Source of the DNA: Christensenella sp. UBA6406
GTDB taxonomy: Bacteria > Bacillota > Clostridia > Christensenellales > UBA1242
Direction: 5' to 3'
DNA length: 28,287 bases
Assembly (NCBI GenBank): GCA_002438625.1
Contig: DJPS01000043.1
Coordinates: forward strand, 1-28,287
Shown piece after piece: positions 18,069 to 25,267 of this stretch. The position numbers and the translations under genes are program-made. The first letter of the stretch is position 1. Every line of letters starts with the position of its first letter. The notes under the pieces are model-generated. The model worked only from the letters and a program-made list of their open reading frames with translations. It ran no database searches and was not told where the DNA came from.

Positions 18069-18812
18069 ATGAATTTTTTGTGGACTATTTTAGTCTGTGC
18101 TAGTATTGTGCTTTTTTTGTTTAGTGACCCTAATTTACTTTTATCTACTGCAACGGCATCTATTTATGATTCGCTTAAATTATGTTTTACACTTGCGGGT
18201 ATTTACATTTTTTGGATGGGCATTATAAGCATTATTGAAGAAAGTGGGTTGGCGGACAAGTTATCAAAGTTATTAACACCTTTTATATTCTTTTTGTTTG
18301 GAAACATTGGCAAGGAATCAAGCGAGTTGATTGCCATAAATATGTCCGCAAATATTTTGGGTCTAGGCAATGCTAGTTTGCCTGTGGGGCTTAAGGCAAT
18401 GAATAAGTTAAATGAAGAAAGAATGAAAAATGAAAAACGGCTAAATGAATTTGTGCAAAATTCTTGTGTTGAAAATTGTGGGGATAAATTAAATAAGAAT
18501 AAACGCAAAAAAAATTTATTTGACTTTTTTAAAAAGGATAAAAGCAATTCAAAAGATATAGTAAAAGAAAAGGGTGGACAAGCAACAAAGGCAATGATAA
18601 TGTTATTTGCAATAAATTGTTGTTCAATTCAAATTTTGCCAAGCACTATTATTTTAATGAGAAGTGAAAATGGAAGCAGGGCAAGTGGTGATGTGATTTT
18701 GCCCATCATCATTGTAAGTGTTGTTTGTTTTGCTTTAACAATTTTGTTTGTAAAGTTGCTTTTTAAAGATGGGTTTAAAGATGAAAGAAGTGGGCAATAT
18801 ATTGGAAAATAA
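18069..18812 (+). CDS. spmA: Spore maturation protein A (nucleoside-recognition/Gate-domain membrane protein)
   Basis: The N-terminus NFLWTILV...GIYIFWMGIISIIEESGL...LTPFIFFLF matches the SpmA pattern. It is immediately followed by spmB. It also contains a K/N/E-rich hydrophilic insert (see findings). Confidence 0.8.
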   Translation: MNFLWTILVCASIVLFLFSDPNLLLSTATASIYDSLKLCFTLAGIYIFWMGIISIIEESGLADKLSKLLTPFIFFLFGNIGKESSELIAINMSANILGLGNASLPVGLKAMNKLNEERMKNEKRLNEFVQNSCVENCGDKLNKNKRKKNLFDFFKKDKSNSKDIVKEKGGQATKAMIMLFAINCCSIQILPSTIILMRSENGSRASGDVILPIIIVSVVCFALTILFVKLLFKDGFKDERSGQYIGK

Positions 18813-18893
18813 AATGAAGTCAATTTAAGAAATGAGCATTTAATGGTTGGTTGATATAGCAGGGCAATTATGTAAGTGGGGTGTGGTGCGAAA

Positions 18894-19400
18894 ATGAGTG
18901 CATATGTTATGCCAATTATTATTTTGGCAATTTTGGTTTATGCGTGGGTAAAGCGGGTTAATGCATATGATAGTTTTTGCAAAGGAGCAAAGGCGGGTTT
19001 TAATTTAGTTATAGATATAATGCCTTACATATGTGCAATTATGCTTCTAGTCGCTTTAATGCGTTATAGTGGTGTGGGCGAATATGTTATAAAAGCGGTG
19101 GCACCTGTTCTATCTTTTTGTGGTGTCCCTACCGAGCTTACTGAGTTTGTCATTTTGCGACCATTCACGGGTAGTGGAAGTTTAGCATTGTTGCAAGATA
19201 TCATAAATCATTTTGGTGCAGATAGCAAACCCGCAAGAATTGCTTGTGTTATTATGGGGTCAAGCGAAACAGTGCTTTTTGTAAGTGCACTTTATTTTGC
19301 TAATTTATCCGTCAAAAATGTGGGAAAAGCAATAGTTTTAATGCTAGTCATAAGTTTTTTAGGTGTACTTTTATCTTCACTTATATGTTCTTATATTTAA
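18894..19400 (+). CDS. spmB: Spore maturation protein B
   Basis: MSAYVMPIIILAILVYAW..., FVILRPFTGSGSLALLQDII and IMGSSETVLFV are SpmB-like. I prefer the ATG at 18894 over the GTG at 18876 from the ORF track, but either is possible. Confidence 0.8.
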   Translation: MSAYVMPIIILAILVYAWVKRVNAYDSFCKGAKAGFNLVIDIMPYICAIMLLVALMRYSGVGEYVIKAVAPVLSFCGVPTELTEFVILRPFTGSGSLALLQDIINHFGADSKPARIACVIMGSSETVLFVSALYFANLSVKNVGKAIVLMLVISFLGVLLSSLICSYI

Positions 19401-19434
19401 ACACGTAGCACGAATTAACGCAATGCAATTATAT

Positions 19435-20128
19435 AAGCGGAATCGCTTACGCTAAAAATGGATCAAGTTGCCGTTGAAATTGCTTAAAAGCAATTTGGCT
19501 TGCAAATAGCAAGCAAGCCCTTTGCTCAAAAGCAAAGCAACGGCAATTAAGTGGGGTGCGGAAACACCGCAACCGCAAGCCCGCCCCGCAAATAAATTTG
19601 CGTGCCCGCCTGTGCTTGTCCGTGCCAGCGTTTCCGCCCCCACAAAACTCGCTCCGCTCACGACCGCTCTCGCACAGGGTAGGCAAGCCCCGCTCACGCT
19701 CGCTTGCCCCTTCGCTTTCGCTAACCGTTCGCTCCGCTCGCTCTTTAGCCCGCATCCAACTTCACCCAAAAGCCAAAGCAACCCTTTAAACGCACCCACA
19801 GTCGTTCCCAAAGTAGAACCGCAGTGCTCCACTCTCCGCATTGCTTAAATAAATATAGAATAGAAGCGAAATCGCAAAAAGCAAGTTTTTGCTTAAAATA
19901 AATAGATATTTAAAGCAGAACCGCTCCGCTAAGAATGATTGAAAGGGTTGCTCGCCCCAAGTGCGGATAAAGGCGAATCCTAGCCCTCATACACGCCCGT
20001 CTGCGTTTCACACACTCAACAACTCACACACGCCACTAAAACCCAATCGCCTTTGCCATTACACTTGACTGCTCGCTCAACCCGTTTTTGCCTAGCGTTC
20101 ATTTCCTACAATAAAACCATTAAGCAGA
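19435..20128. repeat. GC-rich, C-skewed island 2 (hairpin cluster, C-rich block 2a, AT-rich linker, C-rich block 2b)
   Basis: Hand count over 19561-19800 gives 102 C and 44 G in 240 nt (61% GC). Over 19921-20100 it gives 63 C and 32 G in 180 nt. The island shares colinear anchors with the reverse complement of 826-1031. Four mutually overlapping ORFs on both strands are composition artefacts. Confidence 0.7.
19466..19548 (+). other. Predicted compact four-way junction (cloverleaf-shaped) element; RNA or ssDNA structure of unknown function
   Basis: The closing stem ttgccgttg (19468-19476) pairs with caacggcaa (19538-19546). It encloses three abutting hairpins: 19477-19496 (8 bp), 19497/8-19514/19 (6-7 bp) and 19520-19537 (6-7 bp). 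Each is built on TTGC-(A-rich loop)-GCAA. Confidence 0.45.
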
Positions 20129-20369
20129 AAGCTCTAAACAAAGCAAAATTAGGTTAAAAAACTTAATAAAAAATATAAATTAATTAAGTCAAATTCACAA
20201 AAACTTATCCACTTTTTATGAGAGGATGTGGATAAGATGAAAAGACAAAAATTGCAAAAGTTGTACAAAAATGGAGGATGAAACACTAAAAAAGGGTAGA
20301 AAATTAAAAATTTTGCAACTTTTTCAAAAAAGAGCCGAAAATGCTTGACAAAAGGCGGGGGACAAGATT

Positions 20370-21011
20370 TTGGAAGTTGGTGCAGGAACAGGAAGATATT
20401 CTTTGCACTACGCTGAAAAAGGTTTTAATGTTACTGCTATTGAATTTATTGAGCATAATTTGGATGTGCTTAAATCGCACGTAAAAGATGGAATGAAGAT
20501 AAAGGCAGAGCAAGGGGATGCGGTTGACTTGTCTAGGTTTGATGATAATGTTTTTGATGTTACGCTAGTGCTAGGTCCGCTTTATCATTTATATAGTGAG
20601 GATGAGCAAAGAAAAGCAATAAGTGAAGCAATTAGGGTTACGAAAAGTGGTGGAGTGATTATGATTGCGTATATACCAAATGATAGTGTAATGATTAATT
20701 GGGGTCTTGGCGAAAATATTATAAAAGGTAAGGGCATTGAGTTTGATGAAAATTTTAGGTTCTTTAATAATGAAAATAATATTTTTGCAACTTTTTGCAT
20801 AAGTGAATTTATGCATATGATGAATGGTTTTAAAGTAAAATATTTGCACAATGTTGCAACTGATGGATTTTCTGCGTGCCTTAAAGATAAAGTTAATGAA
20901 CTAACAGATGAGCAGTTTAAAGAATGGGTTAGATATCATTTATCAGTTTGCGAAAGAGAAGATATGTGTGGGGTTAGTGCTCATATGTTGTACATATGTA
21001 AAAAAGAATAA
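20370..21011 (+). CDS. Class I SAM-dependent methyltransferase, probably 5'-disrupted (candidate pseudogene spanning about 20237-21011)
   Basis: SAM motif I (ILEVGAGTGRYS) sits at the very N-terminus of the ORF-track call, which uses a TTG start. The same frame continues upstream as MEDETLKKGRKLKILQLFQKRAENA-[TGA 20346-20348]-QKAGDKILEVG. An RBS-preceded ATG at 20237 is in another frame. The downstream motifs (VLGPLYHL, GGVIMIAYI) are intact. Confidence 0.6.
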   Translation: MEVGAGTGRYSLHYAEKGFNVTAIEFIEHNLDVLKSHVKDGMKIKAEQGDAVDLSRFDDNVFDVTLVLGPLYHLYSEDEQRKAISEAIRVTKSGGVIMIAYIPNDSVMINWGLGENIIKGKGIEFDENFRFFNNENNIFATFCISEFMHMMNGFKVKYLHNVATDGFSACLKDKVNELTDEQFKEWVRYHLSVCEREDMCGVSAHMLYICKKE

Positions 21012-21129
21012 TTTTAAGTGATAATTATGTATCTTTTTTTGATGAATGTATCAAAATTGCTTTATTAAAATAAATATTTTTGCCTTTTAAAAATATTTTA
21101 ATTGCTTTATAAAAATTTCATTTGTAAAG

Positions 21130-21158
21130 TTGACATTTTTTGCATAATATAGTAATAT
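21130..21158 (+). promoter_or_regulatory. Sigma-A type promoter for the SPFH/zinc-ribbon operon
   Basis: TTGACA (21130-21135), a 17-bp spacer, then TAATAT (21153-21158). Confidence 0.55.
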
Positions 21159-21246
21159 ATTATGTGAAGTAGAGAATTAACCAATATTGATTATATTGAA
21201 TAGTTATTCAAATTGAATTTTTAATTATGGCTTTTAGGAGAAGATT

Positions 21247-22386
21247 ATGGGATTATTTAGTTTTATAAAGAAACAGTTGCTTGAAGTTATACAGTGTAAA
21301 GATATTGATAAAGATACCATTGTAAGCAGATTTAAGTTAAAAGATAGAGAAGAAATAATGAATAGTTCAACATTAATTGTTGGGCCAACTCAAACTGCAA
21401 TTTTTGTGCATAAGGGTCAAGTGTGTGATATATTTGGACCTGGTACATATAAACTTGCAACAGAGAATATACCATTCATTACTAAGATTTTATCATTGCC
21501 AACTGGTGGAAACTCACCTATTGATGCTGATATTTATTTCATTAATATGCAACAATTTTTGGGTAACAAGTGGGGCACACAAAATCCAATAATGATGAGA
21601 GATGCCGATTTTGGCACAATTAGATTAAGAGGTTTTGGTGTTTACTCATTTAAGGTTGAAAATCCTAAATTGTTTATGACTGAAATGTTTGGTCAAAATC
21701 AAGTTTACAAAGTTGCGGATGTAGAATCTCAAATTAGACCTATGCTTATTCAATCAATGACTGATGCGATTGCTGAAAGTAAAATTTCTGCACTAGATTT
21801 GGCATCTAATTATAATGAATTTTCTGGTTCTATTTTGGAATGTTCTAAGGAGAAATTTGGTAAGTTTGGTTTAAAACTTTGCACGGTTGTAATTGAAAAC
21901 TTATCATTGCCAGAAGAAGTTGAAAAAGCCCTTGATGAAAGAACAAAACTTGGTGTATTGGAAGATAAGATGGGAACATACACACAATATCAAGCAGCGA
22001 ATGCTATGCGAGATGCGGCACAAAATGAAGGCGGTGGCAATATGGCTGGCATTGGCGTTGGCTTAGGTGCGGGTGCTGCCATTGGTAACATTTTTGGGCA
22101 AAATCTTGCCACATCTAATCCGCAAGGCGTTGGCTTATCTGCTAAATCAAATCAAATTGAATGCTCTAAGTGCGGTGCTAAGATGAATGCTAATGCTAAA
22201 TTCTGTCCAGAGTGTGGGGCTAAGCAAGGCAATTCTTGTGCTAAGTGTGGGGCGACTCTTGCTAAGGGTGCAAAGTTCTGCCCTGAATGTGGTGCACCAA
22301 CTGGAAAAGTTTGCAAGAAGTGTGGTAAGGTTGTAGGGGATAAGACAAAGTTTTGCCCTGAATGCGGAGAAAAAATAGATGAATAA
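21247..22386 (+). CDS. SPFH/Band-7 domain protein with three C-terminal zinc ribbons (B. subtilis YdjI-like, COG4260-type 'virion core protein-like')
   Basis: The N-terminus MGLFSFIKKQLLEVI..., then TLIVGPTQTAIFVHKGQV...GPGTY, IRLRGFGVYSFKV, a Gly-rich linker, and three copies of C.KCG-x9-11-KFCPECG. AGGAGA RBS. Confidence 0.8.
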   Translation: MGLFSFIKKQLLEVIQCKDIDKDTIVSRFKLKDREEIMNSSTLIVGPTQTAIFVHKGQVCDIFGPGTYKLATENIPFITKILSLPTGGNSPIDADIYFINMQQFLGNKWGTQNPIMMRDADFGTIRLRGFGVYSFKVENPKLFMTEMFGQNQVYKVADVESQIRPMLIQSMTDAIAESKISALDLASNYNEFSGSILECSKEKFGKFGLKLCTVVIENLSLPEEVEKALDERTKLGVLEDKMGTYTQYQAANAMRDAAQNEGGGNMAGIGVGLGAGAAIGNIFGQNLATSNPQGVGLSAKSNQIECSKCGAKMNANAKFCPECGAKQGNSCAKCGATLAKGAKFCPECGAPTGKVCKKCGKVVGDKTKFCPECGEKIDE

Positions 22387-23440
22387 TGGTGTTAAGTTAG
22401 AAACCATTGATGGAAAGTGTGAAAATTGCGGAAATAATTTAAAATATTCGCCTAATGATGGGGCGTTGAAATGCGAGAAGTGTGGGACAAAAGAAACGAT
22501 TGAATTTTCATCTAATAATGCAAAAATGCCTTATGATGATGTGAATGATGATGCGCTAATTGCGTGGCTACAAGAGCAAAAGTATATAAAGTGCAAAAGT
22601 TGTGGTTCTACGATTGAACTTAAAAATAATGAAATTTCTATTGATTGTCCTTATTGTGATAGTCAAAATATTGTTGTAGAAAAAGAGATTAAGGGTCTTT
22701 ATCCTAGTTCTATTGTTAGATTTGCCTTTGATAAGGCTCAGGCATCTATCAACTTTCAAAAACAAGTGAAAAAGAAGTTTATGGCACCTAGAAGTTTTAA
22801 GAAATTATTGCCAGAGAATAAGATTGAAGGATTTTATTTCCCTGCATTTAGTTTTGATGCAGATACATCTTCAACATATAAGGGTGTGCTTTATAGGTAT
22901 GAAACGCATGGAACAGGCGATAATAGGCATACAACAGTTGTTAGGTTTAACATTAAAGGTGATTTAGATTTTAAACATAGGAATGTGCTTGTGGAATCTA
23001 GTTCAAGGCTAACGCAGTTTGAACTTAAAAGTTTGTTGCCGTTTGATTTTTCGCTTAAAGCGGACTTTAAACCCGAATATATGCTTGGGTATAAAGTGGA
23101 GCAATATAACGAGCCATTTAGGAATGCGGTTTCAAAAAGTGCGGAAATTTGCAAAGAGCAGATTAGGAATGCTATTTTAAGCAAGTATTCTTATGATGGG
23201 GTTGATAAGTTGGATGTGCAATCTATATATAGCAATAAATGTTATGCCTATTGTATGATGCCCGTTTATACATTTGAGTTTATGTATAAGGATAAGAAAT
23301 ATATAACTTATATGAATGGGCAGACGGGAAAAGTTGGCAGTGGATTGCCTATATCTAAGGTAAAGGTTGCATTTGGGATAATCCTTAGTGTTTTAATTGT
23401 TTTAATCCCTATTTTGCTTGTGTTGTTTTTGGGCGAGTAG
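22379..23440 (+). CDS. Zinc-ribbon protein with C-terminal TM anchor (YdjG-like)
   Basis: Two CxxC...CxxC ribbons (CENCGNNLKY...CEKCG and CKSCGSTIEL...CPYCDS), a ~220-aa middle domain, and a C-terminal helix AFGIILSVLIVLIPILLVLFL. Its ATG overlaps the upstream stop by 8 nt, indicating translational coupling. Confidence 0.7.
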   Translation: MNNGVKLETIDGKCENCGNNLKYSPNDGALKCEKCGTKETIEFSSNNAKMPYDDVNDDALIAWLQEQKYIKCKSCGSTIELKNNEISIDCPYCDSQNIVVEKEIKGLYPSSIVRFAFDKAQASINFQKQVKKKFMAPRSFKKLLPENKIEGFYFPAFSFDADTSSTYKGVLYRYETHGTGDNRHTTVVRFNIKGDLDFKHRNVLVESSSRLTQFELKSLLPFDFSLKADFKPEYMLGYKVEQYNEPFRNAVSKSAEICKEQIRNAILSKYSYDGVDKLDVQSIYSNKCYAYCMMPVYTFEFMYKDKKYITYMNGQTGKVGSGLPISKVKVAFGIILSVLIVLIPILLVLFLGE

Positions 23441-23561
23441 AGTGGACTTTTAGTTGAGTTTGGTGGATTTAATTGCCTAAAAAATAGAATAAGTGAAAAT
23501 GTGATTGTATAAGAATAATTGAGTAATTATTTAAAATTAAGTTTTATAGAAGGAGTTTGCT

Positions 23562-23996
23562 ATGAATAAAATTGAAAAGGGGAAAACAGCCTTAATTGTT
23601 TTGGGCATTATAAGTTTAGTTTGTAGTTTAGTGTTTTTGGTGCTTGGCATTGTTATGGTATCAACTTGCAGTGCGGAAGATAGTGTAAATATTGTTAAAC
23701 TTGTGTTTGGTATCATATTTATTGTGTTGTTTATTCCGCTTGTTATTTTTGGAATATATTTTACTTGGGTTGGCGGTGCATTAAGGGCAACAAAAGGTTC
23801 TATTGCAGAAGACAATTTAGGCAAAGGCACAGTTAATAAAGCACTTTGCAACAACTGCGGAAGCGAATTGCACGGTGAAAAATGTTGTCCAAATTGCGGA
23901 AGGTCAGTTGAAGATAAAGTGATTTGTGCGGATTGCGGTGCGGAAAATTCATTCGATAATTCACATTGCAAAAACTGTGGTAAAGAATTAAGATAG
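23562..23996 (+). CDS. Small membrane protein with two TM helices and a C-terminal double zinc ribbon
   Basis: AAGGAG RBS. TM1 is ALIVLGIISLVCSLVFLVLGIVMV and TM2 is VFGIIFIVLFIPLVIFGIYFTWVGG. These are followed by CNNCG...CCPNCG...CADCG...CKNCG. Confidence 0.7.
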   Translation: MNKIEKGKTALIVLGIISLVCSLVFLVLGIVMVSTCSAEDSVNIVKLVFGIIFIVLFIPLVIFGIYFTWVGGALRATKGSIAEDNLGKGTVNKALCNNCGSELHGEKCCPNCGRSVEDKVICADCGAENSFDNSHCKNCGKELR

Positions 23997-24020
23997 ATAA
24001 ATAAAAGTTATAAAATTAAA

Positions 24021-24058
24021 AAATATGGATATATCATAAAGGTTATCCATATTTTTTT
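24021..24058 (+). terminator. Rho-independent terminator of the SPFH operon
   Basis: A 9-bp stem (atatggata 24023-24031 pairs with tatccatat 24044-24052), then T7. Confidence 0.8.
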
Positions 24059-24089
24059 GTGCGTTTAAAAAATTATCTAATTTGATTTA

Positions 24090-24147
24090 ATTTTTACACC
24101 TTTCTTAGATTTTTGTAAAGCGATTTTTACACCTTTCTTAGATTTTT
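24090..24147. repeat. Two perfect 25-bp direct repeats with a 33-bp period
   Basis: atttttacacctttcttagattttt occurs at 24090-24114 and again at 24123-24147, separated by gtaaagcg. Confidence 0.9.
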
Positions 24148-24343
24148 TGACTTTTTTGTGTGGATTTTGGGGTTTATAGAGAGATGTTTTCAGTTATTTA
24201 GATTAGTAAAAAAGCAAACACTTTAATTTAGAAATTTTTAAGTTGTTTGCCTTTTTATTGTTTTTTTAATGTGTGATTGTTAATGGCTTTTAAATGTTGG
24301 TTGAGTAAAATTTTATTGGGTAGAAGAAAGTGGTTAAATTTTA

Positions 24344-25267
24344 TTATATTAATTTATTAAAATTTATTTCATTTTCTTTTGAAAGTGGAGTTAAAGGAAG
24401 TCTAAGAATGTTCTTTATAAGATGCTGCTTATATAATAAATACTTTATAGGGATTGGGTTGACTTCGCAAGATAGTGCATTAAATAAATTCAAAAGATTG
24501 TAATGCCATTTTTTAGCGGAAGCAAAGTTTTTGTTTAGGCATAAGTCAACAAGTTGCTCCATTTCTTTTGGTTTTGCGTTTGATGCGACACTTATAACAC
24601 CTTTTGCTCCTAATGACATTGCTGGTAGGGTTAGGGCATCATCTCCGCTATAAAGATAAAAATTAGGGTCGCATAAATTTATAATTTGAGCAATTTGATT
24701 TAAGTTTCCGCTTGCTTCTTTTATTGCTATAATGTTTGGGTGTTTAGAGAGTGTTTTAACAGTTTGTGGTAGCATATTTACATTTGTCCTTGATGGAACA
24801 TTGTAAAGGATAATTGGAGTTTTTATGCTATTTGCAATTTTGGTGAAGTGTTTAATTAGTCCGCTTTGAGTGCATTTGTTATAGAATGGGGTAACAATTA
24901 AAAAGGCATCAATTTTTCCTAATTTTTCAAATTGGGTGCATTTGTTTATAACTTCTGTTGTGTTGTTGCTACCTGCACCAACAATTAATTTTGTTTTTTT
25001 GTTTATCCTTCTTATTGCAAATTTTATTATTTCAATTTGTTCTTTGTTTGTTAGTGTTGAAGGTTCGCCCGTAGAGCCAAGCAAAGTGATTGCGTCAATT
25101 TCATTTTTTATTTGATAATCAATTAATTTTCCTAATGAAGTAAAGTCAATTTTTTTGTCTCGGCCTTTAAACGGTGTGATTATTGCCGTTGCGGTGCCTT
25201 GAAAAATAGGGCGTTTTATGCTTATTGTTTTTGTCATTTGTGTTTGTTTCCTTTTTAATTTGAACAT
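24344..25267 (-). CDS. dapA: 4-hydroxy-tetrahydrodipicolinate synthase
   Basis: GTATAIITPF, LLGSTGEPSTLT, YNVPSRT and IIAIKEASGN (active-site Lys context) are DapA motifs. The true start may be the ATG at 25237, which has AAGGAA about 12 nt upstream, rather than 25267. Confidence 0.9.
   Translation of the reverse strand: MFKLKRKQTQMTKTISIKRPIFQGTATAIITPFKGRDKKIDFTSLGKLIDYQIKNEIDAITLLGSTGEPSTLTNKEQIEIIKFAIRRINKKTKLIVGAGSNNTTEVINKCTQFEKLGKIDAFLIVTPFYNKCTQSGLIKHFTKIANSIKTPIILYNVPSRTNVNMLPQTVKTLSKHPNIIAIKEASGNLNQIAQIINLCDPNFYLYSGDDALTLPAMSLGAKGVISVASNAKPKEMEQLVDLCLNKNFASAKKWHYNLLNLFNALSCEVNPIPIKYLLYKQHLIKNILRLPLTPLSKENEINFNKLI

Noticed and set aside
1250-19435. The two inverted islands as boundaries of an invertible or mobile 18-kb segment.
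   Set aside because: The interior consists of core housekeeping genes (dus, cls, mnmG, metG, rsmA, tatD, spmAB) with no recombinase or transposase. The identity between islands is limited to short anchors (at most 15 nt exact), too little for efficient homologous inversion.
19466-19548. The cloverleaf as a tRNA or tRNA-like gene.
   Set aside because: The arm lengths (9-11, 8, 6-7 and 6-7 bp) do not fit a tRNA. There are no linker nucleotides, no U33-type 7-nt anticodon loop, no GTTCRA T-loop and no discriminator or CCA context.
19447-19848. Four overlapping ORFs (two on each strand, 77-129 aa) in island 2.
   Set aside because: They are mutually exclusive, lack an RBS and have Ala/Arg/Pro/Ser-rich nonsense-like sequences. 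This is the typical artefact of a stop-poor GC-rich stretch. Codon usage is completely unlike the surrounding genes.
20150-20240. A chromosomal replication origin, suggested by DnaA boxes, an AT-rich tract and the presence of mnmE/mnmG in the window.
   Set aside because: There are only two boxes, arranged as a palindrome. There is no dnaA or dnaN, rpmH-rnpA or larger box cluster. Other near-matches (for example at 4432, 16265 and 24044) lie inside genes or terminator stems.
20346-20348. The in-frame TGA as selenocysteine, or as evidence of TGA recoding (code 4 or 25).
   Set aside because: All long conserved genes in the window are uninterrupted under the standard code and encode Trp with TGG. 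No SECIS-like hairpin follows the TGA, and the position is not a redox-active site of a methyltransferase. A nonsense mutation or sequencing error is more parsimonious.
24090-24147. The direct repeats as a CRISPR array.
   Set aside because: There are only two copies with an 8-bp 'spacer', the repeat is AT-rich and non-palindromic, and no cas genes are present.
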